A stretch of DNA of 64,000 nucleotides, taken from NCBI GenBank assembly GCA_050506795.1, contig JBJHCF010000005.1, positions 64,001 through 128,000 of the forward strand. Direction: 5' to 3'. This document shows, piece by piece, positions 31,364 through 42,253 of this stretch. The notes beneath the pieces were generated by a model. It did not search any database and was not told the DNA's origin. It worked only from the letters and a program-made list of their open reading frames with translations. The DNA comes from Opitutia bacterium. Lineage in GTDB: Bacteria > Verrucomicrobiota > Verrucomicrobiia > Opitutales > T3Sed10-336. Each line of letters starts with the position of its first letter. Position 1 is the first letter of the stretch. The translations under genes and the position numbers were made by a program.

Positions 31364-31843
31364 TCAGTAGTCGACCCGCTGCGGATTGTTGATCCAGGCA
31401 TGGAAGGCTCGCAGGCCCGACTCGCGACTGAGTTCGCTCCAGGCGATGTCGCGTTCGGGCCAGTCGAGTTTGATTTCCCGAAGGATCTTTGAGTCGTCGA
31501 ATCCCGCCTGTGAGGCATCCTCGGCGCGACAGGCAAAAACGACTCGATCCAAACGCGCCCAGTAAATCGCGGCCAGGCACATGGGGCAGGGCTCACAGCT
31601 GCTGTAGAGTGTGCAGCCCGACAACAGGTGAGTATCGAGTGTCCGGCAGGCGTCGCGGATGGCGCTGATTTCCGCGTGGGCGCTGGGATCCCGGCCGGCG
31701 ACCACTTGATTCCAGCCCTCGCTCACCACGGTTCCATCGCGCACGACGACCGCGCCAAAGGGACCGTGTACTCCGTCCGAGGAATGTTGAATCGCGAGGT
31801 TGATGGCGTGTTCGAGAAATCGTTGGTCAGGAGTTGATGGCAT
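31364..31843 (-). CDS. Nucleoside/guanine deaminase (cytidine deaminase fold, GuaD-like)
   Basis: GPFGAVVV, DPSAHAE, SCEPCPMC, AGFDD. Confidence 0.88.
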   Translation of the reverse strand: MPSTPDQRFLEHAINLAIQHSSDGVHGPFGAVVVRDGTVVSEGWNQVVAGRDPSAHAEISAIRDACRTLDTHLLSGCTLYSSCEPCPMCLAAIYWARLDRVVFACRAEDASQAGFDDSKILREIKLDWPERDIAWSELSRESGLRAFHAWINNPQRVDY

Positions 31844-31885
31844 AGGACGGTGATCGATCAGCTGCGTTGCCTGTCGGGGCGCGGA

Positions 31886-33607
31886 TTACTCCGCGTGTTC
31901 TTCGTGGACGAGAGGGAGTTGCAGGCGTATCGAGGTTCCGGAGGCGTCGGACCGGAGGACTTCGATGCTGCCATGGTGGCTGTCGACGATACGTTTGACG
32001 ATCGCCATTCCGAGGCCGGTGCCCTCATGGCGGCCAGTGAGAAAGGAGTCGAATATCCGTTCGCGGATTTCGTCGGGAATGCCGCACCCGGTATCAGTGA
32101 TCGTCAGTTCCGCCCAGGCGACTGCTTGACGGGTGACGGAAGTCAACTCAACGTGCAGATCGCCGCCCTGCGGCATAGCCTGTACCGCGTTGAAGATCAA
32201 ATTGAGCACCACCTGCTCGAGTTGTCCGGGACTACCGTCCACCGCCAGCGGTTGCTCGGGCTCCTGGTAGCTGAGTCGCACCCGGCATTGCTCCAGTTTG
32301 AGGCGCATCAGGAGCATTGTGTTTTGCACGATCTGACGCAGAGAACACCGCGTGTGGACATCGTCCGATGTTTTGGCGAAATTGAGCACCCGGCCGACGA
32401 TCGATTCCAGATGGTCCAGCTTTTCCTCGATGATGGCGTGATCGCGGCTGCGGGGGTCATCGGATGGAAACTCCAGGTCCAGGGACTGGAAAAGCAGTTT
32501 GATGACGGTGAGCGGATTGCGGATTTCGTGCGCTACTTCGGACGCCAGCAGACCGAGTGCATTCAGCCGCTCATTGAGACGAAGCTGTTCCTCGCTTTCG
32601 AACACCCGTTTGTACAGGCGCGCGTTCTGGATGGCGACGGCTCCCAGGCTGGCCAGGGTGGAGAAAAGGCGCTTTTCCTCGTTGTTGAAGCGATGCAGGT
32701 GATCGGTATAGGCGTTGAGGACCCCGATGACTTCACCTTCGAACACCATGGGGGAGGCGAGCAGGGAGACCAGTCCCTCGTTTTGTATGGCTTCCAGAAC
32801 CCCCAGGTTTTCCTCCGTTTTCACCAGTTCAAGGACTTCAATTTGTCTTGTCCGGCGCAAAGCGACGCCAACACTGCTTTCGTTAACCGGCAACGGCGGC
32901 AGTTGCCGGAAGGCGCCGGAGTCTCCATCCACCGAATACAAAGTCATGGTCTCCGCTTCGGGATTGGCCAGGAAAACGGCGCAAAGGCGACAACCGATGA
33001 TTTTTCGGGCTTCGACCGTGATGCTGTCGATAATCTCCTGAAGTTCCAGCTTGGAGACCAGCCGGCTGCCGATATTCAGGACCGATTCGAGCTGCGAGGC
33101 TTTGGTCTGGAGTTGTTGGATGAGCCACAGATTACGGGCCACTTTGCTGGCTTCGGAGGTCAGCAGGACGAGGAGCTTGAGGTCTTCTTCGCTGAAGGCC
33201 GCGGGCGAATCGCTGTCAATATTCACCACCCCGATCACCTGCCCGCGGTCCTCCATGGGGGCGGCCATTTCGGACCTCACCAAATCCCGTACCCGGAAAT
33301 AGCGCGCTTCGGTCAGCACGTCGTTGACCAAAAGCGGTTTGCCGTGCAGGGCAACCCAACCGGTGATGCCCTGTCCGGGTTTGAGTTCGATTTGGGTCGC
33401 ATCGAGCGGCAGGCCGTGAGCGACTTCGATCTCCAGTCGACCGTTGTCGGGATTGATCAGGGCGATCGAGCCGCTCCCGGCGTTGAAGGTTGCCACGATT
33501 TCGCCCAGGATTACTTGCAGCGCCTCCTTGGGTTTCCCGGTCTTACCGGCCAGACTGCTGATGCGATAAAGGGCGTCGACGGGAGAAGCGCGCGTGGTCT
33601 GGTCCAT
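31886..33607 (-). CDS. Cytoplasmic GAF-GAF sensor histidine kinase
   Basis: Two GAF domains (GITGWVALHGKP; VIGVLNAY), AHEIRNPL, NLIFNA, DTGCGI, GTGLGM. Confidence 0.9.
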   Translation of the reverse strand: MDQTTRASPVDALYRISSLAGKTGKPKEALQVILGEIVATFNAGSGSIALINPDNGRLEIEVAHGLPLDATQIELKPGQGITGWVALHGKPLLVNDVLTEARYFRVRDLVRSEMAAPMEDRGQVIGVVNIDSDSPAAFSEEDLKLLVLLTSEASKVARNLWLIQQLQTKASQLESVLNIGSRLVSKLELQEIIDSITVEARKIIGCRLCAVFLANPEAETMTLYSVDGDSGAFRQLPPLPVNESSVGVALRRTRQIEVLELVKTEENLGVLEAIQNEGLVSLLASPMVFEGEVIGVLNAYTDHLHRFNNEEKRLFSTLASLGAVAIQNARLYKRVFESEEQLRLNERLNALGLLASEVAHEIRNPLTVIKLLFQSLDLEFPSDDPRSRDHAIIEEKLDHLESIVGRVLNFAKTSDDVHTRCSLRQIVQNTMLLMRLKLEQCRVRLSYQEPEQPLAVDGSPGQLEQVVLNLIFNAVQAMPQGGDLHVELTSVTRQAVAWAELTITDTGCGIPDEIRERIFDSFLTGRHEGTGLGMAIVKRIVDSHHGSIEVLRSDASGTSIRLQLPLVHEEHAE

Positions 33608-33680
33608 GTTGGGGGCGGTCGTGAGTTTTTGTTTGTCGGCGGCTCGCTTTGGCGAAGGAACGATTTGCCTTCAGCGAGAG

Positions 33681-36470
33681 CTATTCCCGGGTGATGGCCT
33701 CGCTCAGAGCTTCCTGAAGCTTCAGGAGATTGCTTTGATCGTCTTCGTTGTCGGGGTCGATCTTTTCGATATAGAAGGTGTCGAGGGCCACGGAGCGTTC
33801 GGTGGCGATACGAGCGAATGTGATGTCGTAACCGTGCTCGAACAGGATGCGGGAGATCTCGTAGAGCAGGCCGATCGAGTCGTTGGCCTGGATTTCCACA
33901 ATCGTCCTGCGCAGGGAAAGCTCGTTGTAAACCTGCACGCTGGTGGGGATATTGGCGTGCAGACGGGTTTTCGGCTGGGGATAGAGCGGTTTTGCTTTTT
34001 TCTTTTTCTTGCGAATGTCGGACACGATTTTCGGCAGCACGTCCTCGGGGGAGGTGAGTGCTTTTTCCAGCGTTTTCCGGAACGTTTCCCGGGCTTCCGC
34101 GCTCTGCACCATACCGCGGCCGGGTTCGACGACGTAAAAGGTGTCGATCGCGATGTGGTCCTTGCGAGTGATGGCTTTTGCCGTGAGAATGTTCAGTCCG
34201 GCCGCGATGAAGGCGCCGGCCATTTTGCAGAAAAGGCCGGCGCGATCCCAGGTCACCACATCGACCGCGGTGATGCTCCGGTCGATATCGTCCTGCCAGT
34301 CGATGATCGGGATCAGGGCGCTTTCGGGATCTTTGTTCTCCGCGATGTTGGCCAGGAGTTGGTGGATCATCTTGAGGTGGAGGACGATTTCATCACCGGT
34401 GGTATTGATGAAGTAACGATCAGGCAGGAGGTTGAAATGGGCCTCAATCTCCTCTTTGTTCGCTTCGGGAAGCCTTTTGGCAATCAATTCCTCGGCAATC
34501 ATGGCTTTGCGTTCAGTTTGTTTCTGATCGGCTTTCGCGCCCAAAAGCAGCCGCTCCTCGGTGATCTGATAAAGCTGCGTGTGGAGGGTGTCCTTGAAAC
34601 TGTTCCACAAGTTTGAAGCCGTGCCGTGGGCATCGCAGTAGGTGTGGACGTAGAGGTAGCGGAGGTTCTCCACGCTCTCCACCTGTTCGGCGAAAGAAAC
34701 GGCGGTGCGGGGATCCTCCACGTCGAATTTCTGCCAGATACGGGTCATCATCAGGTGATGGCGAATAATGAAATCGATTAAATGGCATTGCTCGTTCTTG
34801 ACCTCCATTCTTGTAAGAACATTCCATGCCATTTTGGCTCCGGTGACGTCGTGACCGGAAACTCCGGCCGATTTTCCGATATCGTGCAGAAAAAGGATCA
34901 GATAGAGTAGTTTCGGGTCGGAGGTCTGGCGAAGCACCTCCCGGTATTTGACCGTTTCCGGCTCCTCGCCTGTATAAATTCTGTCCAGTTCCCGGATGGT
35001 ATTCAGCGTGTGAATATCGGCGGTGTAGCGGTGGTAGTACTCGTGCTGCACGAGGCAGGTCAGCTTGCCGAATTCGGGAACGAAACGTCCCAGCACCCCG
35101 TGTTCGTGCATTTGCAGCAGCGTCGGATGCACCTGACCGGGCTGTTCGAGGATGGTGCGGAAGCTCAGGTTGGCGCGGGGGGAGAGGATGACGGTGTTAT
35201 CGATCAGGTGGACGGATTCCTGGATCAGGCTGCTCAACTCGAAGTCCATGCGGCAGTTGAGTTGCTGGCAGTGCCGGAAAACCCGGATCAGGCGTTCCGG
35301 GTCCTGGCGAAAGACGTTGTGTGTTTCGCAAGTGAGCTCATCCCCGCGCAGGAGGAAGCCGTCGAATTGTTTCTGCCGATCGAGTTTGCGGGCCCGGATG
35401 ACCTCGCGGAAGGATACCCGATTTTGGGCGGCGTCGTCTTTGCGCAGGGCGAGGCGTTGTTCAAGGAGTTGGGAAATCCGGTAAATCGCCTGGGCGTGGG
35501 TGTAATAGTCACGCATGAAAACCTCCACCCGTTTGAAGATGTCTTCCTGAGTGTAGCCGAGGTTCAGCGCGACCACCGGTTGGTTCTCCAAATCGAGCAC
35601 GTCGGTCGGCCGGCGGCTGAGGAAATGAAGCTCGTTGCGGACGCGGGTGAGGAAATCGTAGGCCCGGACGAATTCCCTGTGTTCGCGACTGTTGAGGTAG
35701 TTGTGTTCGCACAGGTCACCCATGCGTTTGATATCCAGCTTGATGCGCGCCATCCACAGCGCGTTTTGATAGTCGCGCAGGCCGCCCACGCCGCTCTTGA
35801 TGTGCGGCTCCTGGAGAAAAATGGTGCCCTGGAATCGCTCGCGCCGCTCCGCCTGGTCGCCCAGGCGGGCTTGCAGGTATTTTTGCGGATCCTCCTTTTG
35901 GTAGAAATTGCGGTAGGCGTGATCGAAGACGTTGAAAAGCTCCTCCGAACCGGCGACCAGGCGCGCTTCCAGCAGCGAGGTCTTGGTTTGGATGTTTTTC
36001 CGCGCCTCCTCCATCACTTCGTTGATGGTGCGCGAGGAATGTCCGATTTTAAGGCCCAGATCCCACAGGGGATAAAGAATGCGATCCGAAAGGTATTCCT
36101 GAAAGGCTTTCAGGTCTTTGCTTCGGGTCTTCATCGGGAAGAGGAACATGATGTCGATGTCGCTCAACGGTGATAACTCACCCCGGCCGTAACCACCCAG
36201 CCCGAGCAGGCAAACCGGCGGATTGGGCCCTCCCTTTTCCCGGCTGAATTCCTCCGCGGCCTGGGCGAAGAGGTGTTGTAGCAGGACATCCACCACACAG
36301 GAGCGCGCCAGCGCGACCGTGAGCCCGGATTCGCCCGCCCTATGGCGCCGCAGGATCATCTCGTTTTCGAGCTGGAGGAACTGTTTGTAGACCGCGAGGC
36401 GTTCACTGCCGTCGAGGTCGCTGGCAAGATCGAGGCGGGAGGCGGCGTGTTTTTGAATTCGGTTGAGCAT
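33681..36470 (-). CDS. glnD: [Protein-PII] uridylyltransferase
   Basis: GGYGRGELSPLSDID, GGLRD, YHRYTADIHT, FLHDIGK, two ACT domains; start set at MLNRIQ because the longer ORF start (36686) lies only 24 nt from valS. Confidence 0.94.
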   Translation of the reverse strand: MLNRIQKHAASRLDLASDLDGSERLAVYKQFLQLENEMILRRHRAGESGLTVALARSCVVDVLLQHLFAQAAEEFSREKGGPNPPVCLLGLGGYGRGELSPLSDIDIMFLFPMKTRSKDLKAFQEYLSDRILYPLWDLGLKIGHSSRTINEVMEEARKNIQTKTSLLEARLVAGSEELFNVFDHAYRNFYQKEDPQKYLQARLGDQAERRERFQGTIFLQEPHIKSGVGGLRDYQNALWMARIKLDIKRMGDLCEHNYLNSREHREFVRAYDFLTRVRNELHFLSRRPTDVLDLENQPVVALNLGYTQEDIFKRVEVFMRDYYTHAQAIYRISQLLEQRLALRKDDAAQNRVSFREVIRARKLDRQKQFDGFLLRGDELTCETHNVFRQDPERLIRVFRHCQQLNCRMDFELSSLIQESVHLIDNTVILSPRANLSFRTILEQPGQVHPTLLQMHEHGVLGRFVPEFGKLTCLVQHEYYHRYTADIHTLNTIRELDRIYTGEEPETVKYREVLRQTSDPKLLYLILFLHDIGKSAGVSGHDVTGAKMAWNVLTRMEVKNEQCHLIDFIIRHHLMMTRIWQKFDVEDPRTAVSFAEQVESVENLRYLYVHTYCDAHGTASNLWNSFKDTLHTQLYQITEERLLLGAKADQKQTERKAMIAEELIAKRLPEANKEEIEAHFNLLPDRYFINTTGDEIVLHLKMIHQLLANIAENKDPESALIPIIDWQDDIDRSITAVDVVTWDRAGLFCKMAGAFIAAGLNILTAKAITRKDHIAIDTFYVVEPGRGMVQSAEARETFRKTLEKALTSPEDVLPKIVSDIRKKKKKAKPLYPQPKTRLHANIPTSVQVYNELSLRRTIVEIQANDSIGLLYEISRILFEHGYDITFARIATERSVALDTFYIEKIDPDNEDDQSNLLKLQEALSEAITRE

Positions 36471-36710
36471 CTCGGCGGCTTTATCGTCCGACCCCGGACT
36501 TAGCAGATTCCACGAAAGGTTCAAGACGGGAGCTTTGCTTTTCCCGCTTTGAATTTTGGTTTGATTCCGGGTCGATGCCCTGTCGGTGCTCTCTCGCCGG
36601 GGCGAAGAAGGGCCGGGTTTGACGAAACTTTGGTGCGAGCGCTTATCCTTCTTCATCCGGCGAAAGGGATTGAAATCGTCTGCCATTCGGCCTTACTCAA
36701 AGCTTTTTGC

Positions 36711-39419
36711 ATGCCAGAAATCAGCAAAGCTTACGATCCGAGCCAGGTGGAGGCTCAATGGTATAAGACCTGGGTTGAGCGCCGGTGTTTCCGCGGGGAG
36801 CCCAATCCGGACAAGGAACCCTATTGTATCGTCATTCCGCCCCCCAATGTGACGGGCGTTCTGACCATGGGTCACGTCTTGAACAACACCCTGCAGGATA
36901 TCCTGATCCGGCGCGCGCGGCAGCAGGGCAAAGAAGCCATGTGGCTGCCCGGGACCGATCACGCCGGGATCGCCACCCAGACCAGGGTGGAGCGGGAATT
37001 GCGGCAAACCGAGGGGGTGACCCGGCACGACCTCGGGCGGGACCGTTTTGTGCAAAAAGCCTGGGAATGGAAGGAAAAACACGGGGGCATCATCATCGAG
37101 CAGTTGAAGCGCCTGGGGTGCTCCTGTGATTGGGAGCGCGAGGTTTTCACCATGGACTCCGCCTACAGCGCCCGCGTGCAGGAGGCGTTTGTCCGTCTCT
37201 ATCATGACGGCCTGATTTATCGGGGGAAACGAATGGTGAACTGGTGCCCGGCCAGCCTCACGGCGTTGTCCGATGAGGAGGTCATCATGAAAAGCCAGCA
37301 GAGCACGCTTTACCGCATGCGATATGAGTTGGTGGACCGTCCCGGCGAGTACCTCGAAATCTCCACCACCCGTCCGGAGACCCTCATGGGGGACACCGCA
37401 GTGGCGGTGCATCCGGATGACGAGCGCTACCGCCATCTTCTTGGCGAGAAAGTCTGGCGCCCGTTTCCCCGGGAGGCGCTGCCGATCGTGGCCGACGCCC
37501 ACATCGATCCGGAGTTCGGCACGGGAGTGCTCAAGGTCACTCCGGCCCACGACAAGGCCGACTTTGAGATCGGGCAACGGCACAACCTGCCGATTATCGA
37601 CGTCTTTAATCCCGACGGCACCCTCAACGAGCGGGCCGGCGCGGAGTTCGCCGGCATGGACCGCTTCGAGGCCCGCAAAGTCGCCGCGCGCAAGCTCAAG
37701 GAGGCCGGATTACTGGTCGCCGAGGAGCCTTACGAAAACAATGTCGGTTACAGCGAACGTGCCGATGTGCCCATCGAGCCGCGTTTGTCGGAACAGTGGT
37801 TCCTCCGCTACCCAAAGGTGGAGGAAGCCAAGGCGGTGGTGCGCGATGGCCTGATCCGATTTGTTCCCGAACGCTGGTCGAAGATTTACCTGCACTGGCT
37901 GGAGAATATCCAGGACTGGTGCATCAGCCGCCAGTTGTGGTGGGGCCACCAGATACCGGTGTGGTACCGGAAGGGGGCCGACCGGTCGCTCCCGGAGAAC
38001 TGGCACGTCGCGACCGTCCCGCCCGCCGACCCGGAGAACTGGGAGCGGGAGGAGGATGTGCTCGACACCTGGGCTTCATCCTGGCTGTGGCCGTTCGCCA
38101 CCATGGGCTGGCCGGACCCGGAGGAGGAGAAGAACAAAGGGTTGAACTACTTCTATCCCACCAGCGCTCTGGTGACCGGGCCCGATATTATTTTCTTCTG
38201 GGTGGCGCGCATGATCATGGCCGGCTTGCAGTTTATGCGCCCCGGCGAACCGGTGGAGCGGCGCATTCCCTTTCGCGATGTCTACTACACCGGGATTATT
38301 CGCGATATTCAGGGGAGAAAGATGTCAAAATCGCTCGGCAACTCCCCGGACCCGTTGGACTTGATCGCCCGGTACGGGGCCGACGGGCTCCGTCTCGGTA
38401 TCATGCTGATCGCCCCCAAGGGACAGGATATTCGTTTCAGCGAGGACCGGGTGGAGACCGGGCGCCACTTCTGCAACAAACTGTGGAACGCCTGCCGCTA
38501 CCGGCAGATGTCGGGGGCGTTGCGGGACAATTCCACACTGCCCGCAGTGGCATCGCGGATACGGGCGGACCTGCTGGATACCGACGATCATTTTATCCTC
38601 GGACGCCTGCTGGGGACTGTCGAATCGGTGGATAGCGGTTTACGGGACTACGAATTCACCGGGGCGGCGCAGAAACTATTCGCCTTCTTCTGGACGGACT
38701 TCTGCGATTGGTACCTCGAGGTCAGTAAAAGCCGGCCGTCGGATTCGGAAGAGAAAGAGAACGGTCTGGCGGTCCAGGATTTTGTGCTGCGGCAGCTGCT
38801 GCTCATGCTGCACCCGTACATTCCGTTCATCACCGAGGAGTTGTGGCACAATCTGGGTTACGGCGCGGAGGACGAATTTCTTCAGGATGCCGGGTTGCCG
38901 GATGGCGCCGCGCTGCGGGAAGCTCTGGCCGAGGCGGGGGTTCGGGTTGATGGCGAGGCCGAGGCCAACACGGAGGATCTGCGGGAATTTGTCACCCGGG
39001 CCCGGGCGCTCAAGGCCGACTACAACCTGGCCAACCGCAAAGACCTGGCGTTTTTCGTCGAGGCCGCGGATTCCGCACGGGCTTTGATCGAAGCCAACCG
39101 CGTGAAGTTGACCCACCTGATCGGAGCCTCGTCACTGGGGTTTGACCCGGCCGGGGATACGGCTCCGGCGGCGGTCACCCGGCTCGGCACCGTCCGCCTG
39201 GACCTTTCCGGGGCGATCGATGTGACCGCGGAAAAGGAGCGCCTGAATAGAGAATTGGCCAAGCTGGAAAAACAGGTGGCCATCGGCGAGGGCAAACTCG
39301 GCAACAAAAAGTTCACCTCGAACGCTCCGCCGGAAATCGTCGACGGGGCGCGTCGACAGTTGAACGAACTGCGAGGCAAAAAGGAGGAAGTGGAAAAACT
39401 TCTCGGCGCCCTGGGTTAG
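36711..39419 (+). CDS. valS: Valine--tRNA ligase
   Basis: PPPNVTG, GTDHAGIATQ, DWCISRQLWWGH, KMSKS, C-terminal coiled coil. Confidence 0.98.
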   Translation: MPEISKAYDPSQVEAQWYKTWVERRCFRGEPNPDKEPYCIVIPPPNVTGVLTMGHVLNNTLQDILIRRARQQGKEAMWLPGTDHAGIATQTRVERELRQTEGVTRHDLGRDRFVQKAWEWKEKHGGIIIEQLKRLGCSCDWEREVFTMDSAYSARVQEAFVRLYHDGLIYRGKRMVNWCPASLTALSDEEVIMKSQQSTLYRMRYELVDRPGEYLEISTTRPETLMGDTAVAVHPDDERYRHLLGEKVWRPFPREALPIVADAHIDPEFGTGVLKVTPAHDKADFEIGQRHNLPIIDVFNPDGTLNERAGAEFAGMDRFEARKVAARKLKEAGLLVAEEPYENNVGYSERADVPIEPRLSEQWFLRYPKVEEAKAVVRDGLIRFVPERWSKIYLHWLENIQDWCISRQLWWGHQIPVWYRKGADRSLPENWHVATVPPADPENWEREEDVLDTWASSWLWPFATMGWPDPEEEKNKGLNYFYPTSALVTGPDIIFFWVARMIMAGLQFMRPGEPVERRIPFRDVYYTGIIRDIQGRKMSKSLGNSPDPLDLIARYGADGLRLGIMLIAPKGQDIRFSEDRVETGRHFCNKLWNACRYRQMSGALRDNSTLPAVASRIRADLLDTDDHFILGRLLGTVESVDSGLRDYEFTGAAQKLFAFFWTDFCDWYLEVSKSRPSDSEEKENGLAVQDFVLRQLLLMLHPYIPFITEELWHNLGYGAEDEFLQDAGLPDGAALREALAEAGVRVDGEAEANTEDLREFVTRARALKADYNLANRKDLAFFVEAADSARALIEANRVKLTHLIGASSLGFDPAGDTAPAAVTRLGTVRLDLSGAIDVTAEKERLNRELAKLEKQVAIGEGKLGNKKFTSNAPPEIVDGARRQLNELRGKKEEVEKLLGALG

Positions 39420-39530
39420 GATTCTGCTTTTCCCGGGACCGGCTACCGTGCTAGCGTCCCCGGGGGCGGGGGTTTATCTGACCCGGTTTCAGGGAGTCCG
39501 CTTCTCGACATTCGTATTTTCAGCGCATCC

Positions 39531-41243
39531 ATGATGAAAACATTCAAGTTTCCGGTCGGATTGGGGGTGGCGGTACTGTTTCTGAGCGCGGTTCTTCCGC
39601 TCGCCGGAAACGAGGCGGAGGGTGCCGGAAGGGACGCGGCCCCGGGGGTGGTTTCCATTCCGGAACTCAGAGTCCTCGCGATTCGCAGTGCCGATCTGGG
39701 AGCGGCGCCGCCCTTTCCCGATCAGGCGTCGGGGCTTTTGACCATCTCCGGGTTACCGCTTCTGGATGAACCCGCGTTTCGGCGTCAGGCCCGCGGTTAC
39801 CTCGGGAGGCCTTTCTCCGAGCGCGGCCTGGATCAACTGACCCGCGAAATCGAACGCGTTTACCGGCAACACCGTCGTCCCCTGGTGGAGGTCGACGTGG
39901 TGCGGATGGACCAGCAGAGGGGTCAGCTGGTGCTGGAGGTGCGGGAGCCGCGCATTCGTCAGGTGCGGGTGACGGGGAGCCGGTGGTTTCGACGCGCGAT
40001 CTTTACCGGAAAAACCAGGTTGCGATCCGGGGGCCGCATCGATTCGGGAATACTGAATGAGGATCTCGACTGGATGAATCGCAATCCTTTTCGCAACGTT
40101 GAGGCCCGCTTTGATCCGACCGGGGAACCGGGCGAGGTGGACTTGGTGTTCGAGGTCAACGACCGCTTTCCTTTCCGCCTCTACGGAGGATTCGAAAATA
40201 TGGGGAACCCCATAATCGGCGAGGAGCGTTTCATCGGCGGATTTAACTGGGGGCATCTCCTGGCGGTCGATCACGAACTCCACTACGAGTTTGGAGCCGG
40301 ACGCTATCTCGACCGCATCATGACCCACTCCGCCGCGTATGTGGCGCCGCTGCCGACCCGGCAGGAACTCGCCTTCTACGGTCATTATTCCGATGTCGAC
40401 CTGGAAATGGACGGCTTTCCGGACGGGATCGAGGGGGAGAATCTGGAAATCGGCGCCCGCTACACCTTTTTCTTGTTGGGATGGGAAAACCCGGAGCGGA
40501 GAATGCGCCTCTCGCAGGAACTCTTTTGGGGCGCCGATTTCAAACGCGCGGAAACCGCGGTTGAGTACGGTTTGGCCGAAGTGTTCTCGCCGGCTACGGA
40601 GATCATACACGGGGTTGGGGGATACCGGGGAACTCTGTACGACCCTCTCGGGCGGACCGAGTTGCAGGCCAGCGTCTTTTACGCTCCCGGGAATTTTCTC
40701 AGCGAGCGCAACCGCGACGCGGTGTTCAACGAGGCCCGGGAAGACGCGAAAACCCGTTATGCCTACACCAGGATCGGACTCGAGCGTGAGACCACGCTCG
40801 ACGACGGCTTTTCACTCGTCACTAGGGGGACTTATCAATACTCCACCCACCGGTTGCTTCGCAGCGAGCAATTGGGAGTCGGAGGTTACACGACTGTGCG
40901 CGGTTACGCGGAACGGGCGGCAGTGGGGGACAGTGGCTATACGTTGAGCGCGGAACTCAGGACGCCGGAATTCAACTGGAATCAACTGTTCGGCGTCGGG
41001 CGCCCGAGCCGGGATCGCTGGCAGTTGCTGGGATTTGTCGATTACGGTATGGCTCGAACCAAGGATCCGGTCGAGACCGAGTTCAAACGGGCGCACCTTA
41101 TGGGTGCCGGGCCGGGAATACGTGTCCGTGTTGATGACGTCTTCGCGCTGCGCCTGGATTACGGCTGGCAGCTCAGGAGCGACGCCGTGGAGGGCGATTC
41201 GCGCGATCACCGGGCGCACGCCGCCATCGTTTTGAGTTATTGA
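39531..41243 (+). CDS. ShlB/FhaC/HecB (TpsB) outer-membrane transporter
   Basis: Signal peptide, POTRA-like region, beta-barrel with TVRGY motif, LDYGWQL, terminal Tyr. Confidence 0.82.
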   Translation: MMKTFKFPVGLGVAVLFLSAVLPLAGNEAEGAGRDAAPGVVSIPELRVLAIRSADLGAAPPFPDQASGLLTISGLPLLDEPAFRRQARGYLGRPFSERGLDQLTREIERVYRQHRRPLVEVDVVRMDQQRGQLVLEVREPRIRQVRVTGSRWFRRAIFTGKTRLRSGGRIDSGILNEDLDWMNRNPFRNVEARFDPTGEPGEVDLVFEVNDRFPFRLYGGFENMGNPIIGEERFIGGFNWGHLLAVDHELHYEFGAGRYLDRIMTHSAAYVAPLPTRQELAFYGHYSDVDLEMDGFPDGIEGENLEIGARYTFFLLGWENPERRMRLSQELFWGADFKRAETAVEYGLAEVFSPATEIIHGVGGYRGTLYDPLGRTELQASVFYAPGNFLSERNRDAVFNEAREDAKTRYAYTRIGLERETTLDDGFSLVTRGTYQYSTHRLLRSEQLGVGGYTTVRGYAERAAVGDSGYTLSAELRTPEFNWNQLFGVGRPSRDRWQLLGFVDYGMARTKDPVETEFKRAHLMGAGPGIRVRVDDVFALRLDYGWQLRSDAVEGDSRDHRAHAAIVLSY

Positions 41244-41257
41244 GTCCCCGATCGGGA

Positions 41258-42253
41258 CTATTTCGCGTATCCCCGAGGGTGGTCCCGGTGCCAGCGCCAG
41301 GCGGTTTCGATGATCAGTTCGAGGTCCGGATACTGAAGTTCCCATCCCAGTTCGCGTTTTGCTTTGCTGGAATCGGCGTATAGGGCGGGAGGATCGCCGG
41401 CCCGGCGCCCTTCCTCCACCACGGGAACCTTCTTGCCGCATACTTTTTCCACTGTATCGATGACTTCGCGCACCGAAGCCGGTGTGCCGGTTCCGAGGTT
41501 GAAGAAGTAGGTGCTCCCGGGAGTTTCCAGTTTATCGAAGACGGCGATGTGGGCCCGGCTGAGGTCGTCGACGTGGATGTAGTCGCGCAGGCAGGTGCCG
41601 TCCGGGGTATCGTAGTCGGTGCCGAATATGCTGATGTGCTCGCGCTGACCCATTGCCGCCTGGAATACCAGCGGAATGAGGTGGGTCTCCGGGTTGTGGT
41701 CCTCGCCGAGACTCCCGTCCTCGGCCGCCCCTGCGGCGTTGAAATAACGAAACGAGGCCGAAGAAAGTCCGTGGGCGTGGGCGAGCGCTTTCAGCGCGTT
41801 TTCCACGTCCAGTTTGGTTTGCCCGTAGGGGTTGATCGGGTGTTGCGGCATGTCCTCGGTGATCGGAAGCGAAGCCGGCACTCCGTAGGTGGCGCAGGTG
41901 GACGAAAACACGAACTGCCGCACCCCGGTTTCCACCATCACCTTGAGCAGGTTGAGTGTGGCGACGAGGTTGTTGAAATAGTACTTCAACGGGTTTTCCA
42001 CCGATTCGCCGACATAGGCGAAGGCGGCGAAGTGCATGACCAGGTCGATTCGCTCGTTTTCCATGATGGCCCGCATGGCGTCGGCGTCACCGAGGTCGCA
42101 GGCGTGAAAGGGAACCTCCGCGGGAACCGCCTCGCGATGCCCAAAGGACAAATTATCCACGATTACCGGACGATGTCCGCTCAGGATGAGTTGACGCACA
42201 CAGTGACTGCCGATGTATCCGGCACCTCCAACGACGAGAACGCTTTTGGCCAT
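41258..42253 (-). CDS. galE: UDP-glucose 4-epimerase
   Basis: GGAGYIGSH, FSSTCATYG, YGQTK, RYFNAAGA, DGTCLRDYIHV. Confidence 0.95.
   Translation of the reverse strand: MAKSVLVVGGAGYIGSHCVRQLILSGHRPVIVDNLSFGHREAVPAEVPFHACDLGDADAMRAIMENERIDLVMHFAAFAYVGESVENPLKYYFNNLVATLNLLKVMVETGVRQFVFSSTCATYGVPASLPITEDMPQHPINPYGQTKLDVENALKALAHAHGLSSASFRYFNAAGAAEDGSLGEDHNPETHLIPLVFQAAMGQREHISIFGTDYDTPDGTCLRDYIHVDDLSRAHIAVFDKLETPGSTYFFNLGTGTPASVREVIDTVEKVCGKKVPVVEEGRRAGDPPALYADSSKAKRELGWELQYPDLELIIETAWRWHRDHPRGYAK

Noticed and set aside
36471..36710. N-terminal extensions of GlnD and ValS in the ORF track
   Set aside because: The two extended ORFs overlap head-to-head; this is more likely a divergent promoter region
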